Shown here: positions 36,239 to 44,652 of the stretch, piece by piece | Layout: every line of letters starts with the position of its first letter | How positions within the stretch are numbered: the stretch's first letter is position 1 | From: Acidobacteriota bacterium | Lineage (GTDB): Bacteria; Acidobacteriota; JAAYUB01 | DNA: 64,000 nucleotides | Direction: 5' to 3' | Assembly (NCBI GenBank): GCA_012517875.1 | Contig: JAAYUB010000017.1 | Span: 84,943-148,942, forward strand | Notes under the pieces: generated by a model | Databases searched by the model: none | Told to the model about the DNA's origin: nothing | What the model saw: the letters and a program-made list of their open reading frames with translations, nothing else | Position numbers and translations under genes: made by a program

Positions 36239-36259
36239 TTGACTTTGACTTAGGTCAAA
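36239..36259. promoter_or_regulatory. CRP/FNR-family (FNR/Dnr/HcpR-like) palindromic site upstream of hcp
   Basis: TTGAC + TTTGAC-TTAG-GTCAAA, a perfect TTGAC-N4-GTCAA dyad centred ~75 nt upstream of the hcp ATG. Confidence 0.4.
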
Positions 36260-36521
36260 CCCGGACCCGATCCTTGATCATGCACACGACCGCTCCGGCA
36301 GCCTTTCACCGAACGGGCTCGCCGGGGTTGCATCTATGCGGATCGCAGGCTCTGTGCTAAGATGATTTCTGGCTTGCGGCCCGTGCCGCCGTCTTGAGAT
36401 CAACCCGTGGTTGCGTTGATCGCGCCGGGCGGAAATGTCAACGCCGGCCGTCGATTCCGGCGCATGATCGACCCCGGCGATGCGGCGGCCCGGGCCGGAT
36501 CCGCCGGTCCGGGAGAGGTCT

Positions 36522-38360
36522 ATGGGCACGATCGAGAGCTACTGCCCCGGCTGCTTTCACGAAAAGGGTACGGCGCCGATCTGCCCGACCTGCGGTTACG
36601 ATGAACGCTCCCGGACCAGCCCCATCGCCTTGCCGCCGCGCTCCCTGCTGCGGGACAATTACCTCGTCGGCCGCGTCCTGGGCCGCCCCGGGGGATTCGG
36701 CATCACTTACCTCGGGTATGACCTCAGTCTCGAGACCCGCGTTGCGATCAAGGAGTACCTGCCCCGCGACTTGGCCGGCCGCGACGACGACCACCGGACC
36801 GTGGTCCTGCACAGCCAGGACGACACCGAGAGCTTCACCTACGGGCTGGAGCAGTTCCTCAAGGAAGCCCGCACCCTGGCCAAGTTCAACCACCCGCGCG
36901 TGGTCCGGGTGCGCACGTTCTTCCAGGAAAACGCCACCGCCTACCTGGTCATGGATTACATCGAGGGGATCTCGCTCGCCGAATTCCTCGAACGGCTGGA
37001 TCGGCCGCTCACCGAGCAGCAGGCGCTGGACGTCATGATGCCCATTCTCGACGGCGTCGGCGTCGTCCACAGCCAAGGGTTTTTGCACCGCGACATCAAA
37101 CCCCAGAACATCTACCTGACCGCCGCCCGGCAACCGATCCTGCTCGATTTCGGCGCCGCTCGTCTGGCAATGGGGGAAAAGAGCCGGAGCCTATCGGTCA
37201 TCCTGACGCCTGGATTCGCCCCCTACGAACAGTACCATCGGCGTGGCGAGCAGGGACCGTGGACCGACATCTACGCCTGCGCGGCCACGCTCTATTACAT
37301 GGTCACCCGCCAGGTCCCGCCCGACGCTTTGGAGCGGGAAAAAGGCGATACGCTGACACCGCCAGACTCGACCCAGCCCGGCCTGTCGCCCCATTTCTGC
37401 CGGGCCATCCTGCGGGCGCTGGCCACCGAACCGGCGTCCCGCCCCCGATCCATTGCCGAATTTCAGTTGCAGCTGCGGGGATTGTCCGTCGCGCCGGCAG
37501 CCGAATCCGATCCCACTCTGGCCATCCCGGCTCCCGTGAAGGTGCCCGAACGCATCACCGACACGGGTGCGTCCGCCACCCTGGCCATCGCACCGCCGCC
37601 ACCGACAGCGACCCGCCGGTCATGGGTGCCGCTCGCGGTCGGCAGCGCCGCAGCGGTGCTTCTGGCCGCCGCCGCGGTGGTCGGCTACTGGATGTTCCAA
37701 CCGGCGACCGATGACTCCAGGCGTACCGACAATCCCGTTGTCGCGTCGCCCGCAGCCGAATCGCAGCCGGCGGTGACGTCGGCCGACGACGACGCCAAAC
37801 CTGTTCCGCCGCCGCCAGTCGCCGCCGCGGCGGCCGATCCGATCCGCCCGGCGGCGCCTGCAGCCGGCGATGCATCGGACGCGGCGGCAACGCCGCCGGC
37901 GCCGGTCACCGCTCCGGCCGTGCGCACCACCCAGCCGGCTGCACCACCGCCCATCACCCCCGCGACCGACACCGCCCCGGCACCAAAGGAAGCTTCCGCG
38001 CGGCGCGAACCCCTGCGCCTCAGCGAACCTGAATTGCGGACCCGGTTGCGCGAATACATGCCGCCGCCCCACGTGCGGCAGCGCATCCGTTCGCTCACCC
38101 GGTTTGTCAAGACCAGTTGTCTCGTCCCGATCGAGTTGCTGGTGGATGAGACCGGCGCAGTCGTCCGGGCCACACCCCAGCCGTCGCCATGCCCCCCCAA
38201 CGTGGCGATGATCTATGCCGAAGCGGCGCGCCACTGGCGGTTCGACCCCACCCACGCGCCGGACGGCAGCGCGGTTCCGGTCATCGGAGTCGTCCATATC
38301 CCCTTCCCGCCCCCCGAAAAGGATGTTCCGGACGGAACCAGACCCCTCCCGCGCCGCTGA
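36522..38360 (+). CDS. Hanks-type Ser/Thr protein kinase with N-terminal Zn-ribbon, one TM segment, Pro/Ala-rich linker and C-terminal TonB-C-like domain
   Basis: 612 aa from ATG 36522 (RBS GGGAGAGG). N-terminal CPGCFHEKGTAPICPTCG. Kinase motifs HRDIKPQNIY and DFGAAR. TM segment WVPLAVGSAAAVLLAAAAVVGYWMF. The C-terminus is …PPNVAMIYAEAARHWRFDP. Confidence 0.85.
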   Translation: MGTIESYCPGCFHEKGTAPICPTCGYDERSRTSPIALPPRSLLRDNYLVGRVLGRPGGFGITYLGYDLSLETRVAIKEYLPRDLAGRDDDHRTVVLHSQDDTESFTYGLEQFLKEARTLAKFNHPRVVRVRTFFQENATAYLVMDYIEGISLAEFLERLDRPLTEQQALDVMMPILDGVGVVHSQGFLHRDIKPQNIYLTAARQPILLDFGAARLAMGEKSRSLSVILTPGFAPYEQYHRRGEQGPWTDIYACAATLYYMVTRQVPPDALEREKGDTLTPPDSTQPGLSPHFCRAILRALATEPASRPRSIAEFQLQLRGLSVAPAAESDPTLAIPAPVKVPERITDTGASATLAIAPPPPTATRRSWVPLAVGSAAAVLLAAAAVVGYWMFQPATDDSRRTDNPVVASPAAESQPAVTSADDDAKPVPPPPVAAAAADPIRPAAPAAGDASDAAATPPAPVTAPAVRTTQPAAPPPITPATDTAPAPKEASARREPLRLSEPELRTRLREYMPPPHVRQRIRSLTRFVKTSCLVPIELLVDETGAVVRATPQPSPCPPNVAMIYAEAARHWRFDPTHAPDGSAVPVIGVVHIPFPPPEKDVPDGTRPLPRR

Positions 38361-38467
38361 TCCCGCTCGCGGGCCATAGGCATGCGGTCCGCCGCATGCC
38401 CGGCCGCGTCGGCCCGACCGTGCTATAATACCGTGCCCGCACCGACCACCTGTTCAGGAGCCGTTGC

Positions 38468-41400
38468 ATGATCAGCCGTGAAGCTCTCCCCGTCGCCGCC
38501 CGGTCCGCCTGTGCCTTGCTCGTGGCGGCCGGCCTGCTCATGATCGCCACCACGCTTGCGGCCCAGGTCAGTGAAGGCGGGCTCCCCTACAGTTTTCAGA
38601 AGTCCACCCAGCCGGCGATCCACTCCATCGTGCTGCCGCCAGTGGATGTTCCCAGCCTGCTGGCGGAAGACCGCCGGGAGGCGGCACTGGGTCTGCCGTT
38701 CCGATTCGGATACCCCATTGAGCGGCGCCTGGATATGAACTCCGCCGGCACGTGGTCGTCTCTCCCGGATGGCGGCCGCCTCTGGCGGTTGCGCCTGGTG
38801 TGCCCCGGCGCCCACTCCATCAACCTGGTCTACGACGCGTTCTGGCTGCCCCGCGGCGCCCGCTTCTTCCTGTACAACGACGATGAGAGTTCGGTTCTCG
38901 GCGCTTTCACCCATCGCAACAACAAACCGCACGGGAGATTCGCCACCGGGCCCACCCGGGGCGACGCGTGTACCCTGGAGTATTACGAACCGCCGGGCGT
39001 CGATCGGTCCGGCTGCATCACCATCGCCCGGATCATCCACGGGTACCGGAATGTGTTCGACAAGCTGGATAAATCATTCGGCGACTCGGGCGCCTGCAAC
39101 GTGAATGTGCAGTGTCCCGAAGGCGCCGCCTGGGAGGCCCAGATCCGCTCGGTGGCCATGATTTTGACCAGCGGCGGCTGGCGACTCTGCTCCGGCGCGC
39201 TGGTCAACAACGTCCGCAACGACTATACGCCCTACTTTCTCACCGCCAACCACTGCCTCGGCGGCGAGGAAACATGGGTGATCATGTTCAACTATCAGAG
39301 CTCCAGCTGCGCCAACTTCGACGGGCCGACGACGGACACGGTGTCCGGTACAACCCTGCTGGCCAACAACTGGGATTCCGACGTCGCCCTGCTTCGACTC
39401 AGCGAAGATCCGCCGCCGGAATACAACGTGCATTTCGCCGGCTGGTCGGCCGTGGACACCGCGCCGCCGCATACGGTGTGCATTCATCATCCCAGCGGCG
39501 ACATCAAAAAGATCACGTTCGATAACGATCCGCCCGTATCCGCCACCTATGGCGGCACCCCAGCCAATTCGCACTGGAAGACGATCCGGTACGAATTGGG
39601 GACCACCGAACCCGGCTCTTCGGGTTCACCGCTGTTTGACGATCTCCACCGCATCATCGGCCAGCTCCATGGCGGCACCGCCGCGTGCGACGGGGCGGAG
39701 CCGAACGACCAGCCGGATTATTACGGCAAGTTCGCCCGCTCCTGGGACAACGGCGCCACCGCCGCCCAGCGTCTCCGCGATTGGTTGGATCCCGACAACA
39801 CCGGCGCCACCACGTTGGACGGCATCGATGCAGCCGACGGCCACTCGCCGGTGGCGGAGATCACCGCGCCCGCCCCGCACGCCCTGCTCGTCGGGCTAGT
39901 GACTGTCGCGGCCACCGCCACCGACGATGTGGTCGTGACCCAGGTGGAGTTTTTCATCGACGACGTATCCATCGGCGCCGACACCGCCGCCCCCTACGCC
40001 GTCGACTGGGACACCACCGCCTGGGCCGACGGGCCCCACACAATCCGCGCCACGGCCACCGACACCGACGGGTTGCGAGGCAGCGATTGGATTGCGGTCA
40101 CCCTGGCCAACCACATCTTGGCCTGCACCGCCCAAACGACGCCTGCTGCCGGGGTGGCCCCGCTGGACGTGACGTTCAGTGCCACTGTTTCCGGCGGTGC
40201 AGGACCGTACCAGGTGGTGTGGGATTTCGGCGACGGCAGCGATCCCGCCACCACGCTGGGAACCGTCCACACCTATGAGCGTGCCGGCACGTATCACTGG
40301 GGCTTCACGGCGCAGGACGCGCTGGGCGAACGGACACGCTGCGAAGGCGACGTGCCGGTTTCGCTGCCGCCCGCCGACGCCGCCGACCAGGTCATTGCCG
40401 CCCACGTCACCCGGCTGCCCGGCTGGGCCAGCCAGATCGTGCTGACCAACACCGGCGACACGCCGGTCGCGCCCCGGCTGTACGCGCTGGCCGCCGACGG
40501 CACCCACCTGGCCACTGCCACCCTCCACGAACTGCCGGCTCGCGCTCACACCAATCTGACACCCGATGCCCTGTTCCCCGGGGTACCCGCGGCCACCGAT
40601 TTCTGGGTGCTCGTCGCCGACGCATCCCGGATCGAAGGCGTCACCGTGTTCGGCACCGATGACGACCAGAGCCTCGTCACCATGCCCCTCCTCCGCGGAG
40701 GGGATATCGCGCTGGTCTTTCCGTTCGTGTACATTTCCGATATCTATTACACCGGCCTGACGCTCGTCAATCCAGGCCAGGCGGCGGTGGCCGCCCGGTT
40801 GACCGCGTTGGCGGAATCGGGCGACGAGCTGGCGGCGATCGATGTGGTCATCCCAGCCCGAGGCAAATATGTCCGGCTGTTGGACGGCATCTTCCCGGGC
40901 GTCGAGCCGATCCTCATCCGATTCGTGGCCGTGTCCGCCGAGCGGGAGCTGATGGGCTTCGAATTGTTCGGTTCGTTCGTGGACCAGGGATTGGCCGGTC
41001 TGCCGGCTGTCCTGATGACACCGCTGACCGGTCCGCCGGTGCTTCGGGACATCCCGCCGGCCGCTGATTCGGTGGCCCGGCCCGCGGGATTCCAGGGCTG
41101 GGGCATCTCCGACACCGCCGTGCGCCTGCGGTGGGACGCCAATGTCGAGCCCGGCGTTCATTATGTGATCTACCGGAAGAACGGGATGTACACCACCGAG
41201 GTCGGCCAGACCGAATCGACTGCCTTCACGGTCACGGGACTGGAGACCGGCCGCACCTACACGTTTCTCATGAAAGCCGTCGACGGCGCGGGCACCTTCT
41301 CCGCGTACAGCCGGCAGATCCGGGTCGCGCCGCTGCCGTCCGGCCAGATGGATTGGCCGCACCGCCTGTTCTATGGCGCGGTGCCCGATCCCGCGCGGTA

Positions 41401-42004
41401 CTACACCGGGGTCACGTTCTCCATTTCGGGCACGGATCCGGTCACCGCACACGCGTTCATCCAGGATGCCGACGGCCGGGTGCTGGCCGAAGCCGCCTGG
41501 CCGACGGCGCCCGGTGAACAGATCACGCGTGAGCTTCCGGCCCTCTTCGGGCAGGCGGAGATTCCCGGGGCCGCCTGTTTGCGCGTCGGCGCCGACGTCC
41601 CTCTGACAGGATTCTCGCTCTACATGACCCGTCCGGGCCTAGCGGAGCCGTACCTGTTCGACGGGGCGCCCGCCTGCCCGTGGGGGAGTTACGGTCTGAT
41701 CTTTCCCATGGTCCCGGACGAAGCCGCGTGGACCGGTGTGCTCCGCTTAACCAGTCTGGCCGGACAGGACGGCACGTTCACCGTGAGCGGTTACGACCGG
41801 GGCGGCGCGCTGATGGGTGTCCGGTCGGCGCCCCTGGCGGCCGGCAGCCAGTTCCTGCTGGCCGTGGACGATTTGTTCCCCGACGCTCCGTCCGCGTCCG
41901 CCTGGCTGCGGGTCAGCGCCGATCAGCCCGTCATCGGCCAACTGCTGTTCGTGTCCCCTGGCTTCAACCGGTTGGGCGGTTATGCGGGGATCGCCACCGA
42001 ATAG
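38468..42004 (+). CDS. secreted multidomain S1 serine protease, lysyl-endopeptidase-like (S1 catalytic domain + Big/Ig-like + PKD + fibronectin-III domains)
   Basis: 1178 aa with a signal peptide. …CSGALVNNVRNDYTPYFLTANHC… and GSSGSP resemble Achromobacter/Lysobacter lysyl endopeptidase. PKD is LDVTFSATVSGGAGPYQVVWDFGDGS. A -10 TATAAT lies at 38424-38429. TAG stop. Confidence 0.85.
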   Translation: MISREALPVAARSACALLVAAGLLMIATTLAAQVSEGGLPYSFQKSTQPAIHSIVLPPVDVPSLLAEDRREAALGLPFRFGYPIERRLDMNSAGTWSSLPDGGRLWRLRLVCPGAHSINLVYDAFWLPRGARFFLYNDDESSVLGAFTHRNNKPHGRFATGPTRGDACTLEYYEPPGVDRSGCITIARIIHGYRNVFDKLDKSFGDSGACNVNVQCPEGAAWEAQIRSVAMILTSGGWRLCSGALVNNVRNDYTPYFLTANHCLGGEETWVIMFNYQSSSCANFDGPTTDTVSGTTLLANNWDSDVALLRLSEDPPPEYNVHFAGWSAVDTAPPHTVCIHHPSGDIKKITFDNDPPVSATYGGTPANSHWKTIRYELGTTEPGSSGSPLFDDLHRIIGQLHGGTAACDGAEPNDQPDYYGKFARSWDNGATAAQRLRDWLDPDNTGATTLDGIDAADGHSPVAEITAPAPHALLVGLVTVAATATDDVVVTQVEFFIDDVSIGADTAAPYAVDWDTTAWADGPHTIRATATDTDGLRGSDWIAVTLANHILACTAQTTPAAGVAPLDVTFSATVSGGAGPYQVVWDFGDGSDPATTLGTVHTYERAGTYHWGFTAQDALGERTRCEGDVPVSLPPADAADQVIAAHVTRLPGWASQIVLTNTGDTPVAPRLYALAADGTHLATATLHELPARAHTNLTPDALFPGVPAATDFWVLVADASRIEGVTVFGTDDDQSLVTMPLLRGGDIALVFPFVYISDIYYTGLTLVNPGQAAVAARLTALAESGDELAAIDVVIPARGKYVRLLDGIFPGVEPILIRFVAVSAERELMGFELFGSFVDQGLAGLPAVLMTPLTGPPVLRDIPPAADSVARPAGFQGWGISDTAVRLRWDANVEPGVHYVIYRKNGMYTTEVGQTESTAFTVTGLETGRTYTFLMKAVDGAGTFSAYSRQIRVAPLPSGQMDWPHRLFYGAVPDPARYYTGVTFSISGTDPVTAHAFIQDADGRVLAEAAWPTAPGEQITRELPALFGQAEIPGAACLRVGADVPLTGFSLYMTRPGLAEPYLFDGAPACPWGSYGLIFPMVPDEAAWTGVLRLTSLAGQDGTFTVSGYDRGGALMGVRSAPLAAGSQFLLAVDDLFPDAPSASAWLRVSADQPVIGQLLFVSPGFNRLGGYAGIATE

Positions 42005-42054
42005 CCCCGCGCGCCACGGAATGATGACGGACACGCTCTGAACCGGTACGCGCC

Positions 42055-42480
42055 ATGATCCAGCTTTCCGACGACGTGTTCCTGGACGAAGCCGAACTGA
42101 CGTTCACGGCCACGCCGAGCAGCGGGCCGGGCGGCCAGCACGTGAACAAGGCCAGCACCCGCGTGACCGTCCGCCTGGATGTTGCCGCCTCCGCCAGTCT
42201 GTCGGAGGCGGCCCGGCGGCGGATTCAGGAGCGGCTGGCCAGCCGAATGAGCCGCGACGGCGTCCTGTTCGTCTCGGCGCAAGATACCCGCAGCCAGAAG
42301 ACCAATCGCGACCGGGCGCTGGCCCGCCTGGTCCGCCTTCTGCGGGCGGCCCTGCGCGAGGATCCCCCGCGCATTCCCACACCGATCCCTCCGGCGGCCC
42401 GACGCCGCCGTCAGGCTGACAAGCGCCGCCGGTCCGCCGTCAAGGCTGTCCGCCGCAAACCGCCGCCGGATTTGGAATAG
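42055..42480 (+). CDS. arfB: alternative ribosome-rescue factor ArfB (peptidyl-tRNA hydrolase, GGQ motif)
   Basis: 141 aa. …SGPGGQHVNK… followed by a basic C-terminal tail. TAG stop. Confidence 0.88.
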   Translation: MIQLSDDVFLDEAELTFTATPSSGPGGQHVNKASTRVTVRLDVAASASLSEAARRRIQERLASRMSRDGVLFVSAQDTRSQKTNRDRALARLVRLLRAALREDPPRIPTPIPPAARRRRQADKRRRSAVKAVRRKPPPDLE

Positions 42481-42599
42481 GCCGAAGCCGCATCCCGCGT
42501 CATCCGCATTGGATAGAAGTTGAAAAAACATCCATCTCAAGATAGCATGGCCTGTTGGGCCGGTCTTCCGCCCGCGCCCCGGCGCCGAAGGAGTCGATC

Positions 42600-43607
42600 G
42601 TGTCATCCAAACAAACCACCGTCAGTCGTGTCGTCGCGTGCGATGACTCGCCTTCTGCCGTCTGCCCGCCACTGGCGGCCGTGCTGCTGATCGTGCTCAT
42701 CGCCGCGGGACTCGGACCGGCCTGTTCCGTGAAAAAAATGGCAGTGAACCGCCTCGGTGACGCGCTGGCCGGCGGCGGTGAAACATTCGCCGCCGACGAG
42801 GATCCTGAACTGGTGAAAGCGGCGGTGCCCTTCAGCCTGAAGCTCATCGAAAGCCTGCTGGCTGAAAGCCCCCGTCACAAAGGCCTGCTCCTGGCGGCCG
42901 CTAGTGGATTCACCCAATATGCCTATGCGTTTGTCCAGCAGGATGCCGATGAACTCGAGGATGCCGACTTCGCCGCCGCCACCGCCATGCGTCTGCGGGC
43001 GAGGAAACTCTACCTGCGGGCGCGCACTTACGGTCTACGCGGATTCGACGCAGCCCATCCCGGCTTCTCCGATGCCCTTCGGCGCGACCCGAAAGCCGCG
43101 ATCCAGCAGGCCCGCGCCGCCGACGTGCCCCTGCTGTATTGGACCGGCGCCGCTTGGGCCGCCGCCATATCGCTGGGCAAGGACGACCCGGACCTGGTGG
43201 CCGACCTGCCCATCGTCTAGGCGATGATGGACCGGGCGCTGGCATTGGATCCAGATTTCGGGGGAGGCAGTTTGCAAGCGTTCATGATCACCTTCGCCAT
43301 GGGCCGCGCCGCCAGCGGGCGGAATCCTGAGGCCGAAGCCCGGCAGCACTTTGAGCGCGCACGGCGGCTGTCCGACGGCCAACAGGCCGGACCGTTTGTC
43401 TCGCTGGCCGAAGCGGTCAGTGTGCAGACGCAGAACCTGACCGAATTCCGGTCCCTGCTGGAGCAGGCGCTGGCGGTTGATGTCGACGCCCGGCCCGAGT
43501 GGCGGCTGGCCAACCTGGTCGCGCAACGCCGTGCCCGCTGGCTGCTGGCCCGCGCCGACGACCTGTTCCTGACGGCAGATTCCGACGAGGAGACGGAGCA
43601 TGAGTAG
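42600..43607 (+). pseudogene. tatT: TRAP-transporter T-component (TatT family, TPR-like) interrupted by a single in-frame TAG at 43218-43220
   Basis: ORFs 42555-43220 and 43224-43607 are in the same frame and together give a ~335-aa TatT-like protein (…DLPIV*AMMDRALALDPDF…). The probable start is GTG 42600 (AAGGAG RBS). tatT-dctP-dctQM synteny supports the call. Confidence 0.6.
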
Positions 43608-44652
43608 ACCCGTTGGCACGCTGGTGGGGACGATCGCCCGGCGGCTGTTCCCCGCCGCCCTGCTGCTGCTGGGTGCGGGCACCTTCGCGGCGGCAGCCGG
43701 CAAAGTCACCATCAAACTCGGCACGCTGGCGCCCCGCGGCACCTCGTACCACAAGACCCTGATGGCCTTGGGCGAGAAGTGGCGCACCACCTCAGGCGGT
43801 GTGGTCAAGCTGGTGGTCTTCCCCGATGGCACGCAGGGCGGTGAGGCCGACATGGTGGGGCTCATGCAGACGGGCAGCCTGGACGCCGGGATGCTCACGG
43901 GCGTCGGTCTGTCCGAGATCGAGAAGGGCGTGGCGGCCCTGGGCGGCACGCCCATGAACTACCGCAATCTGGACGAACTGGAATACGTGATCGAGAAGCT
44001 GCGCCCCACGCTGGAAAAGCGCATGCTGGAGAAGGGGTTCGTGGTGTTGTTCTGGGGCGATTCGGGTTTCGTCCGCTTCTTCTCCAAACAGCCACTGGTC
44101 CATCCCGATGATCTTCGCCGGGCCAAGTTTTTCTGCTGGGCGGGCAACGCCGAGGAGTTCGATCTGTGGAAGTCCGCCGGCTATCATCCCGTCGCCCTCG
44201 AGACGGTGAACATCATGCCCAGCCTCCAGACCGGCCTGATCGACACGGTAGCCATGCCCCCATTCTTTGCCCTGGCCAGCCAACTGGACGCCCAGGCATC
44301 CAACATGCTGCTGCTCAACTGGGGACCACTGGTGGGCGGCACCGTCGTCACGCGGAAAACCTGGGAGAAAATCCCGGCCGAACTGCGTCCCGCCCTGCTC
44401 AAGATGGCTGCCGATGCGGGCCGGGAGATCAAGGCCGCCGGACGGGCGGAGAACGAGCGCTCCGTGGAGGCGCTCAAAAAGCGCGGGGTGAAGGTCACCG
44501 TGCCCACGCCCGAGATCGAAGCCGAGTGGCGCAAAGCCGTGGACCCCTACCGGGACAAGATCCGCGGTCGGCTGGTTCCCGCCGATCTCTTCGATGAAGT
44601 CGCCCGGTTTCTAAAAGAGTACCGGTCCCAAGCCGGGGCGGCCGGCCGATGA
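43600..44652 (+). CDS. TRAP transporter substrate-binding protein (DctP family; TatP-like)
   Basis: 350 aa with a signal peptide. DctP-family SBP. ATG at 43600 overlaps the tatT end. TGA stop overlaps the next ATG. Confidence 0.88.
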   Translation: MSRPVGTLVGTIARRLFPAALLLLGAGTFAAAAGKVTIKLGTLAPRGTSYHKTLMALGEKWRTTSGGVVKLVVFPDGTQGGEADMVGLMQTGSLDAGMLTGVGLSEIEKGVAALGGTPMNYRNLDELEYVIEKLRPTLEKRMLEKGFVVLFWGDSGFVRFFSKQPLVHPDDLRRAKFFCWAGNAEEFDLWKSAGYHPVALETVNIMPSLQTGLIDTVAMPPFFALASQLDAQASNMLLLNWGPLVGGTVVTRKTWEKIPAELRPALLKMAADAGREIKAAGRAENERSVEALKKRGVKVTVPTPEIEAEWRKAVDPYRDKIRGRLVPADLFDEVARFLKEYRSQAGAAGR

